In this document: one piece after another, positions 1 through 7,209 of the stretch
How positions within the stretch are numbered: the stretch's first letter is position 1
Layout: the number at the start of each line of letters is the position of its first letter
From: an uncultured Candidatus Saccharibacteria bacterium
GTDB lineage: Bacteria; Patescibacteriota; Minisyncoccia; Phycocordibacterales; Zambryskibacteraceae
Assembly: GCA_964553285.1 (NCBI GenBank)
Contig: CAZKKF010000001.1
Span: forward strand, 55,537 to 108,585
Length of the DNA stretch: 53,049 nucleotides
Reading direction: 5' to 3'
Made by a program: the position numbers and the translations under genes
The notes under the pieces: model-generated
The model's database searches: none
Seen by the model: the letters and a program-made list of their open reading frames with translations, nothing else
What the model was told of the DNA's origin: nothing

Positions 1-9
1 CCCAAAAGC

Positions 10-21
10 GGGGGGGGGGGG
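10..21. repeat. G12 homopolymer tract upstream of first CDS
   Basis: There are 12 consecutive G at 10-21, ending 42 nt before ATG 64. AT-rich -10-like hexamers follow directly (TATTAT 22-27, TAATAT 42-47). Confidence 0.9.
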
Positions 22-63
22 TATTATTTAGGGAAGCTTAATAATATTTTGGCTTTAATCTAA

Positions 64-2268
64 ATGAAAAAATACATTCTGGGGCTCGGTTTGGCGGTGA
101 TTATTTCCGTGGCACCCGCGAGCGCTATAGCTCAAAGTACAACCATAGTAGAGCTTCAAAACCAGATACGTATATTGACCGAGCGGCTTCAATCCCTGAT
201 AGCCCAGCAGTCGGGAGTATCGGTAATGCCTTCGCCAACCACACCGATGGGAATGCCGGCCGCTTCCTCTGCAGGCAACAGCCAAAACTCTTCAGGCAAA
301 TTCAGGGTCGGAGAGGTTGTGAGAGCAGATACAAATATATCGGTGAGATCAAGTCCTGCTGTCATTGATGGTATCGTTCAACTTGCCGGAGGCCAGTATT
401 ACGGAAGTAGCAATAAATTAGGTGTTCAGCCCAGCGGTGCGCAGGGACGCGTTGTGGACGGACCATTTTACAGCTCGATGCAAACCGATACCTATGTTTG
501 GTGGAAGATTGATTATGACAATGGCGTAGACGGTTATAGCGCTGAAGACTTTCTTTCCAGGGTAGAGGGTGGTCTGAATCCGATAACAAACACGCAGGCA
601 CGGGTTGATATAAAAGCAAACGGTCTCGACAAAATCACAAACTTTGATCCCAGTACCACGCTTACCATCTCATGGACTGCAAGTCCGGAAATAAGGGCTT
701 GCGAACTTACGGGAGTCGGCGTTAATACGACTAATGTTAACGGACCAAGCACCATGTCTTCCGGAGTCAGCGCCCAAACCGGCAATGTCTTGACTCATCA
801 GCCTGGAAGCGCCTGGTACCCAAGGCCGCTACCTGGCTATACCGCCGTCTATGGTATATCTTGCGAGAGATATGACGCTCGCGGATCCCTCATTCAAGGC
901 GCAGCTGTCAGAGACACTGTGGAAGTTACCATTGCTTCCGCGGTGACGCCGCCGGTGGATGAACGACGCCCAACCATCAGGTCGTCTGCTACCAGTGTCA
1001 AGTCCGGTGAGCAGTTCACTCTGTATTTAGGCAAGTATCCCGCAAACGCTTCCTCGTGGACATTGAGCCATAACTGTCCGTCAGGGTTTGTTATAAGTCA
1101 AAAGGGCGGAAGCAGTTGTAGTAGCGGTAGTCAGAGAGAAGAAGATGTAGTTACCCTTACTAGAAACGTTTCTCCTAATGTTAATCATGAGTGGCCAATA
1201 ACAATCACCAACAACTCCGGCACCTCGCAAACTATTGTGTACTGGTTTAATGCTTTTGACGCGAATGGTCGTGGTTTAGGTGGTGTTACCGAATCGGTTT
1301 CTGTTGACCCAGTCTCTATACCTGTCCCATCAACCGCCACTCTTTCTGCCTCTCCGAGTATCATCACGGCCGGGCAAACGTCTGTTCTTATGCCGAATGC
1401 CTCGGGTGTGCTTGCATGTAGTATGTCCGCGGATACGGGGGAGATGATGTCTTTTGGAGGTCTTGGCGTGCCGATAACGGTCAAACCAACCCGCACCACG
1501 ACCTATACCCTGAACTGTTACAAGATAAATACTGCAAGCGATGTCGTTTCGGCGAGAACCACAGTTACTGTCCAGCCGGTCACAACCACGCCAAATGCTC
1601 CTATGGTTACACTCTCCGTTAGTCCAAATACAATAACCCCCGGGCAATCCGCTACTGTCGCTTGGTCTTCCACCAACGCCACAAGCTGTAGGATGAAGCT
1701 AAGCACGGGGTGGGATTTTGCAGAGCCTCTCTCGGGTTCCTACTCGGTTTCTCCGACACAGGATGTAACATACACCATGACCTGTGCGAACTCAGCCGGT
1801 CTGTCATCCAGTGACACTGCATCATTGAAAGTAACCCAAACGACCCCCTCAATCCCGCCCCCTACTGTTATTCCTCCGGCGGGACAGCCTGTCGTCAACT
1901 TCTCGGCCAGTTCGCTGTCTGTTCCCGCGGCAAGCGCCCTGACTCTGACACTTGATGCGAGAAACGTTGGATATTGTCTATGGCCTTATGCCGCAAGCGG
2001 ACCTTACAGAGTAAGTACGTTCCCGGTATCCATGACCATTTATCCGACCCAGACCACCACTTACCACGCTCGATGCTTTGACAAAGCCGACAAAGAGGTG
2101 GCCACAAGAAACGTTACCGTAACTGTCCAATCTGTTAAACCTCCATTTGTACCGCCCACCGTGCCGCCCGGAGGAGAAGAGGAAGAAATCAACCAGTTCC
2201 TGGAGGCAAGCGCATACCAGGGTCTTCAGGCTCTGCTCCTGCAACTCTCAAGAATGCTCGGCAACTAA
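64..2268 (+). CDS. large secreted repeat protein (signal peptide, SH3-like segment, tandem Ig-like Cys-pair modules)
   Basis: 734-aa ORF with an N-terminal hydrophobic signal-like segment (LGLGLAVIISVAPASAIA). An SH3b-like stretch (FRVGEVVRADTNISVRSSP...WWKIDYDNGVDGY) follows. At least 3 tandem modules of about 95 aa start near nt 1330, 1606 and 1893. They share the pattern S-x-SP-x-I-x-x-GQ ... C ... TTTY-x-x-x-C. No catalytic motif was recognised. Confidence 0.75.
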   Translation: MKKYILGLGLAVIISVAPASAIAQSTTIVELQNQIRILTERLQSLIAQQSGVSVMPSPTTPMGMPAASSAGNSQNSSGKFRVGEVVRADTNISVRSSPAVIDGIVQLAGGQYYGSSNKLGVQPSGAQGRVVDGPFYSSMQTDTYVWWKIDYDNGVDGYSAEDFLSRVEGGLNPITNTQARVDIKANGLDKITNFDPSTTLTISWTASPEIRACELTGVGVNTTNVNGPSTMSSGVSAQTGNVLTHQPGSAWYPRPLPGYTAVYGISCERYDARGSLIQGAAVRDTVEVTIASAVTPPVDERRPTIRSSATSVKSGEQFTLYLGKYPANASSWTLSHNCPSGFVISQKGGSSCSSGSQREEDVVTLTRNVSPNVNHEWPITITNNSGTSQTIVYWFNAFDANGRGLGGVTESVSVDPVSIPVPSTATLSASPSIITAGQTSVLMPNASGVLACSMSADTGEMMSFGGLGVPITVKPTRTTTYTLNCYKINTASDVVSARTTVTVQPVTTTPNAPMVTLSVSPNTITPGQSATVAWSSTNATSCRMKLSTGWDFAEPLSGSYSVSPTQDVTYTMTCANSAGLSSSDTASLKVTQTTPSIPPPTVIPPAGQPVVNFSASSLSVPAASALTLTLDARNVGYCLWPYAASGPYRVSTFPVSMTIYPTQTTTYHARCFDKADKEVATRNVTVTVQSVKPPFVPPTVPPGGEEEEINQFLEASAYQGLQALLLQLSRMLGN

Positions 2269-2304
2269 AGCTCTTTGCCGCCGGCACCAAGCCCTTGTTC
2301 GCAC

Positions 2305-2337
2305 CAAACACACCCGATGGCAAATCGGGTGTGTTTG
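2305..2337 (+). terminator. stem-loop after secreted-protein gene (14-bp perfect stem)
   Basis: caaacacacccgat / atcgggtgtgtttg pair perfectly around a 5-nt loop, 37 nt after stop 2268. The T-tail is weak (tgtgtgtatata). Confidence 0.6.
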
Positions 2338-2361
2338 TGTGTATATATGAAACCTTCGCAA

Positions 2362-2384
2362 ATACACAGGCCTTGCCTGTGTAT
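2362..2384 (+). terminator. second stem-loop (9-bp perfect stem)
   Basis: atacacagg ccttg cctgtgtat. It lies in tandem with the first hairpin and has no clear T-tail. Confidence 0.4.
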
Positions 2385-2442
2385 GAGGGCGGGATATATG
2401 AAATATCTTTGTTCCAGGTATAATGTATGTACCAAAAATATT

Positions 2443-2733
2443 ATGGAAGGGCCAAGGCAATACGAAGATTTTTCCGATAGAGAAACTGTTCCCGAAATAG
2501 CCGGCAAGGTGAGAGGGGAGATGTATGCCGAGCTTCTGGACGAGATGGTGTCCGGAATGGAAGAGGGCGGCGATATAAAGCCCATAGCAAGCCCCGGCGA
2601 AATAGAGGCCCTGGAGGCGGGCGAGAAGATAGACAGGACACCCTACCTTTCCGATGTCTTGGCGCGGCTCGCCGCAGAAAAAGATCTAAGCGAGGACGAA
2701 AGAGAAGAGCTTGAGGGGCTGATATTCAACTAA
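2443..2733 (+). CDS. small highly acidic hypothetical protein (96 aa)
   Basis: ATG 2443 lies 18 nt downstream of TATAAT (2419-2424). The part of the track ORF upstream of it runs through the two hairpins, so I trimmed it. The product is rich in E/D (EELEGLIFN C-terminus) and no domain was recognised. Confidence 0.5.
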   Translation: MEGPRQYEDFSDRETVPEIAGKVRGEMYAELLDEMVSGMEEGGDIKPIASPGEIEALEAGEKIDRTPYLSDVLARLAAEKDLSEDEREELEGLIFN

Positions 2734-3731
2734 AGAGCCTTTAGTGCGTACTCGGCCGGAGCTTCTTTTATAAAGCGCTCTACCTCTCCTCTTGGAAGCA
2801 GTCCCTCTTGTGCGCCGATTTTGCCCACCACGGACATGGAGTTAATTGGCCCCCAAAGCAAAGCTTCTTCAAATGTTTTTCCAAGTGCGAGGGCGCTTGC
2901 AACAGTTGAGGAGAAAGCATCTCCCGCGCCTGTTCTTTCAAAGGCGGGCTCTTTTTCAGGATAAACAGGCACAAACCACATTTTCTCTCCGTCATAAGCG
3001 TATGCTCCCTTGGGGCCGTCTGTGACCACGACAAGCCTTGGGCCCAAAACGTGCATCTGTGTCAGAAGCTCTTTGTGGGACACTTTTTCCTTAAGGCCAA
3101 GTATCAGATGCGCTTCTTCGGTGTTGCAGAATATTATTTCTGATCTCTTGTATATACGGCTTAGCCTTTCCTTGCCAAGCTTCATTTGGAAAGTGCCCGG
3201 CTGGAAAGCCAGTTTTATTTCCTGCTCTTTTTCAAGCCAGTCCGCTATCTCGTCGTGAAAATCCGCCGATGTTTCTCCCAGAGAAGACAGGTACACCCAC
3301 TTTGGGGAGACTTTGGGCAGGGAGTAGGGGAAGACTTCGTGCTTGATGAGTATGGTGCGCTCGTTTTCATACCAGAGCACATAGTGGTAATTGGTCTTTA
3401 CTCCTTTGTGTACTTTGACATACGAAGTGTCAACTCTGCCTTTCTTCAGGGAGTCAATACATGCTTGTCCGTCATGGTCATTGCCCAGGTTTGTGATAAT
3501 TGACGAAGAAAGGCCCAGGCGCGCGGCGGATACTGCGGCATTGGGGCTGTTGCCCACGGCAGGCACTATGGTTACGTCCTCAAACGGCACTTTGTCGCCA
3601 AACCTAAAACCCAAAATGCAATTTGTTCTGTCCACACTGCAGGTAACTTCGGCATCTTTGATGCGAATGAAAGCGTCTATCGTAATATCTCCTATGGCTA
3701 GAAAATCGGGCTCTTTTTTGAATAAGTTCAT
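2730..3731 (-). CDS. PfkB/ribokinase-family carbohydrate kinase
   Basis: 333 aa. The N-terminal AIGDITIDAF and C-terminal TGAGDAFSS anion-hole motif are typical of the PfkB family. TATAAT (3743-3738, minus strand) lies 6 nt before the ATG. Confidence 0.85.
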   Translation of the reverse strand: MNLFKKEPDFLAIGDITIDAFIRIKDAEVTCSVDRTNCILGFRFGDKVPFEDVTIVPAVGNSPNAAVSAARLGLSSSIITNLGNDHDGQACIDSLKKGRVDTSYVKVHKGVKTNYHYVLWYENERTILIKHEVFPYSLPKVSPKWVYLSSLGETSADFHDEIADWLEKEQEIKLAFQPGTFQMKLGKERLSRIYKRSEIIFCNTEEAHLILGLKEKVSHKELLTQMHVLGPRLVVVTDGPKGAYAYDGEKMWFVPVYPEKEPAFERTGAGDAFSSTVASALALGKTFEEALLWGPINSMSVVGKIGAQEGLLPRGEVERFIKEAPAEYALKAL

Positions 3732-3737
3732 ATCTCA

Positions 3738-3786
3738 ATTATAGACTGGGGCGGGCATAAGTCCAAAAAAGTTGTCATGGTATAAT
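3738..3786. promoter_or_regulatory. divergent promoter region, pfkB-like (-) and aldolase (+)
   Basis: Minus strand: TATAAT 3743-3738, then N6, then ATG 3731. Plus strand: extended -10 TGGTATAAT 3778-3786, then N7, then ATG 3794. Neither side has room for an SD. Confidence 0.6.
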
Positions 3787-3793
3787 CCAGTGC

Positions 3794-4681
3794 ATGACAT
3801 ACCGAGAGATAATCCAAAGAGCAAAAGACGAGGGCCGTGCTATAGGGCACTTTAATTTTTCAAATCTGGAAGGTTTGCAGGCTGTTATTTCCGCCGCAGA
3901 GAAGGCGAGCGTGCCTGTCATTGTCGGAGTATCGGAAGGCGAGAGAGATCACATGGGAGAAGATCAGGTGGTGGCACTGGTTGAGAGCCTGCGCAAGAGC
4001 GCCTCTGTGCCTATATTTCTCAACGCCGACCACACCTATTCGCTTGAGAGAGCCAAGAGAGTGGTTGATCTGGGTTTTGACTCAGTGGTGGTTGACGGCT
4101 CTAAGATGACATTTGAAGAGAATGTGGCTTTTGCAAAAGAGGTGGTGGAATATGCCGCCCAAAAAAAACCTCAAATGATAATTGAGGGTGAGATAGGCTT
4201 TATAGGCGCCTCGTCAAAGATATTGGATGAAATACCGGAGGGTGCGGCGGTGGAAGAAGACATGCTCACCACTCCCGAACAGGCCAGAGATTTTACGGAG
4301 AAAACAGGCGTACACATGCTTGCGCCGGCGGTGGGCACTATACACGGCATGGTGCGCAGTCTGCCGAATCCGAGAATAAGGTTTGAAAGAGTGAGAGAAA
4401 TATCTCAGGCTTCTGGTCTTCCGCTGGTGCTTCATGGCGGCTCCGGCTCAAACAAAGAAGACATGGCCAAGGCCATTTTGGCCGGTGTCTCGGTGGTGCA
4501 CATAAATACCGAGCTTCGCCTGGCTATGAAGAGAGGCATTACCGACTTTCTGTCGGATCACCCGGAGGAGATAGCTCCTTACAAATATATGCGAAGCGGA
4601 ATGCAGGAAATGGAAAAAGTGGCGGCGGAATATCTCAAGCTTTTTTCCGACCCGCAAGCCTTTTTGTCCACCCGGCAATAA
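3794..4681 (+). CDS. fba: class II ketose-bisphosphate (fructose/tagatose-1,6-bisphosphate) aldolase
   Basis: 295 aa with HFNFSNLEG, LNADHT and VLHGGSG motifs of class II aldolases. Confidence 0.85.
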   Translation: MTYREIIQRAKDEGRAIGHFNFSNLEGLQAVISAAEKASVPVIVGVSEGERDHMGEDQVVALVESLRKSASVPIFLNADHTYSLERAKRVVDLGFDSVVVDGSKMTFEENVAFAKEVVEYAAQKKPQMIIEGEIGFIGASSKILDEIPEGAAVEEDMLTTPEQARDFTEKTGVHMLAPAVGTIHGMVRSLPNPRIRFERVREISQASGLPLVLHGGSGSNKEDMAKAILAGVSVVHINTELRLAMKRGITDFLSDHPEEIAPYKYMRSGMQEMEKVAAEYLKLFSDPQAFLSTRQ

Positions 4682-4683
4682 AC

Positions 4684-6333
4684 ATGGACGACACTTCCAT
4701 ACAGGATATAAAAAAGTTTTTCAAAGGCGAGGTGCGCTCCGACAGCGATACGCTGAGTAAGTTTTCCAAGGACGCGAGCTTGTTTACCGTAAGCCCCAGC
4801 GTGGTCCTGTCGCCAAAAGACGCCAATGACATAGCCTCTGTGGTGCGGTTTGCGGCGGAGAAAAAGAGAGGCGGCGCGGACGGTATGTCTATAACTGTCC
4901 GCGCCGCAGGCTCGTGCATGTCCGGCGGCTCTTTGAACGACTCTATCATTTTGGACACCACATCCCACATGCAGGGCGTGCTCGGCTTTTCCAGGCAGTC
5001 TGCGGAGGTATTGCCCGGCACTTTCTACAGGGATTTTGAAAAGGCCACTTTGGAGAAGGGTTTGCTCTTGCCATGCTTCACTGCCTCAAAAAACCTGTGT
5101 GCAATAGGCGGCATGATAGGCAACAACTCCGCCGGAGAAAAAACTCTAAGTTACGGCAAGATGGAGGATTTTGTGGAAGAGCTTAATGTGGTTTTTGCCG
5201 ATGGAAAGGAGAGGGTAGTGCGGCCCCTCAATGAAAAAGAGCTTGCAGAAAAGAAAGGCCTTCAGGATTTTGAAGGCGAAGTGTACAGAAAGCTTGATGA
5301 TTTGATTGTAGGCAACCGGAGTTTGATTGATTCAGAGAAGCCAAATGTCTCCAAAAACTCCGCCGGATATTATTTGTGGAACGTGAAGCATGACGGGCTT
5401 TTTGATTTGTGCAAATTGCTCACCGGCGCCCAGGGTACATTGGGCATTGTGACCAAGGCCAAGATCAAGCTTGTCAAAACAAAGCCTCACTCTGCCTTGG
5501 TGGTGATGTTTATGCCGAATATTGAGCGGCTTGGTGAAGTGGTAAACAGCTTCCTTTCTTTCAATCCGGAAACTCTTGAGTCTTATGACGACAGCACTCT
5601 CAAGCTTGCATTGCGGTTCCTGCCCGAGCTTGCAAGAGGCATGAAGGCAAGTAATTTCCTCAAACTGGGCCTGTCTTTCCTGCCTGAGCTCGGCATGGCT
5701 CTGAAGAGCGGCCTGCCGAAGTTTGTGCTCATTGCGGAGTTTACCGGAGAGAGCAGTACGGATGCCTTGGACAAAGCAAAAGAGGCGAGGGATAGCATGA
5801 CGGGCTACGGATATGCAATGCGAATCGCAGAAAGCGAGGTCGAAGCGGAAAAATACTGGACGGTGCGAAGAGAGAGCTTCAACCTCCTGCGCAAGCATGT
5901 GCGCGGCCGCCGCACCGCGCCTTTTATAGACGACGTGGTGGTAAAGCCCGACCACCTGCCGGAGTTTCTCCCGCGTTTAAGAAAAATACTCGATGAGGCA
6001 AGGCTTCTATACACCATCGCGGGTCACGCTGGAGACGGCAATTTTCATGTCATTCCTCTTATGGATATGACAGACGAGCGCAACAAAGATCTCATCATAG
6101 ACATATCGGAAAAAGTCTATTCGCTGGTAGGGGGGTACCGGGGTTCCATTACCGCCGAGCACAATGACGGCATCATCAGGACTCCGTTCCTTGGCAAGAT
6201 GTATTCTCCGGAGATGCTCAATCTCTTCAAAAAAACAAAAGACATTTTTGATCCATTGGGCATATTTAATCCGGGCAAGAAGGTTCCAAGCGGGGGGAAG
6301 GGCACTTTTGAGTATATCAAGAGCCATATATAA
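4684..6333 (+). CDS. FAD-linked oxidase / GlcD-type (D-lactate dehydrogenase-like) flavoprotein
   Basis: 549 aa. The N-terminal region resembles a PCMH-type FAD-binding domain (VRAAGSCMSGGS, GGMIGNNSAGE). The C-terminal end has a HAGDGNFH motif. It starts 2 nt after the aldolase stop. Confidence 0.8.
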   Translation: MDDTSIQDIKKFFKGEVRSDSDTLSKFSKDASLFTVSPSVVLSPKDANDIASVVRFAAEKKRGGADGMSITVRAAGSCMSGGSLNDSIILDTTSHMQGVLGFSRQSAEVLPGTFYRDFEKATLEKGLLLPCFTASKNLCAIGGMIGNNSAGEKTLSYGKMEDFVEELNVVFADGKERVVRPLNEKELAEKKGLQDFEGEVYRKLDDLIVGNRSLIDSEKPNVSKNSAGYYLWNVKHDGLFDLCKLLTGAQGTLGIVTKAKIKLVKTKPHSALVVMFMPNIERLGEVVNSFLSFNPETLESYDDSTLKLALRFLPELARGMKASNFLKLGLSFLPELGMALKSGLPKFVLIAEFTGESSTDALDKAKEARDSMTGYGYAMRIAESEVEAEKYWTVRRESFNLLRKHVRGRRTAPFIDDVVVKPDHLPEFLPRLRKILDEARLLYTIAGHAGDGNFHVIPLMDMTDERNKDLIIDISEKVYSLVGGYRGSITAEHNDGIIRTPFLGKMYSPEMLNLFKKTKDIFDPLGIFNPGKKVPSGGKGTFEYIKSHI

Positions 6334-6445
6334 AATGGCTCTGCTCGGCCCTATTTTCTGGTTTACGGCCGCAAAAGCCGGCCTGTAATTGACTTTTGGG
6401 GTGAAATATGATAGTATTAGGGGATAGGGCCTTTACGGGCCCTCA

Positions 6446-6473
6446 TTGATTTTTTATACAACAAGGTTATACT
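6446..6473 (+). promoter_or_regulatory. sigma70-like promoter for rplY
   Basis: TTGATT (6446-6451), N16, TATACT (6468-6473), then 8 nt to ATG 6482. A second candidate upstream is TTGACT 6389-6394, N17, TAGTAT 6412-6417. Confidence 0.5.
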
Positions 6474-6481
6474 GTCCAACC

Positions 6482-7138
6482 ATGCTTAAGTTGAGCGCCA
6501 AAATAAGAGATCCCAAGGCATCCCTCGTTACCCTCAGAGCGGAGGGCCTTATGCCTGCTGTTTACTACGGCAAAAAGACCGAGTCCACTCCCATATCCAT
6601 ATCGCAAAAAGAATTTACCAAGCTTTTTGAGCAGGCCGGAGAATCCACTGTTATCTCCATGAATGCAGACGGTACAGAGGTGGAGGTGCTTATACACGAA
6701 GTTGACCATGACCCCGTTACGGGAGAGTTGAGGCACGCAGATTTCTACGCCTTTGAAAAGGGACACAAGCTTACCGTGCAGGTACCTATAGAGTTCGAAG
6801 GAGTGTCCGCCGCCGCAAAGGCCGGTGCGCAGATAGTGAAGGTTATGCACGAGGTTGAGGTTGAAGCTCTTCCCAAGGATTTGCCGCATGCTGTTGTGGT
6901 GGACCTTTCAAGGCTTGAGAAGGTTGGCGACCATGTTACCGTGGCCGACGTGTCTTTGCCTGCGGGAGTTTCCATCATCGCATCGCCTGAAGACGTCATC
7001 GTGTCTGCCTCACAGCCCCACGAAGAAAAAGAAGAAGAGGCCGCTCCTGTTGATCTCTCCGCTATTGAGGTTGAGAAGAAAGGCAAGCAGGATGAAGCCG
7101 GAGAAGAATCTTCCGGAGGAAACTCTTCCGAATCATAA
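6482..7138 (+). CDS. rplY: 50S ribosomal protein L25 (long Ctc form)
   Basis: MLKLSAKIRD...LRAEGLMPAVYYGK...HADF matches the L25/Ctc N-terminal domain, followed by an acidic C-terminal tail. Start chosen at ATG 6482 because of the promoter geometry. Confidence 0.85.
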   Translation: MLKLSAKIRDPKASLVTLRAEGLMPAVYYGKKTESTPISISQKEFTKLFEQAGESTVISMNADGTEVEVLIHEVDHDPVTGELRHADFYAFEKGHKLTVQVPIEFEGVSAAAKAGAQIVKVMHEVEVEALPKDLPHAVVVDLSRLEKVGDHVTVADVSLPAGVSIIASPEDVIVSASQPHEEKEEEAAPVDLSAIEVEKKGKQDEAGEESSGGNSSES

Positions 7139-7150
7139 AAATACTCTCAT

Positions 7151-7176
7151 AAAGCCGCCCAACAGGGCGGTTTTAT
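7151..7176 (+). terminator. rho-independent terminator after rplY
   Basis: aaagccgccc aaca gggcggtttt: a GC stem followed by a T run. Confidence 0.75.
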
Positions 7177-7193
7177 ACAGGGCTTCTTTGTTT

Positions 7194-7202
7194 TGGTATA
7201 AT
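7194..7202 (+). promoter_or_regulatory. extended -10 promoter (TGGTATAAT)
   Basis: TGGTATAAT lies 7 nt upstream of ATG 7210. Confidence 0.55.
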
Positions 7203-7209
7203 AAACTTT

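Noticed and set aside
2275-2442. The N-terminal 56 codons of the 152-aa track ORF (2275-2733).
   Set aside because: That part runs straight through two strong hairpins and the TATAAT box, and it is Cys/His/Pro-rich. The acidic domain begins at ATG 2443, downstream of the promoter.
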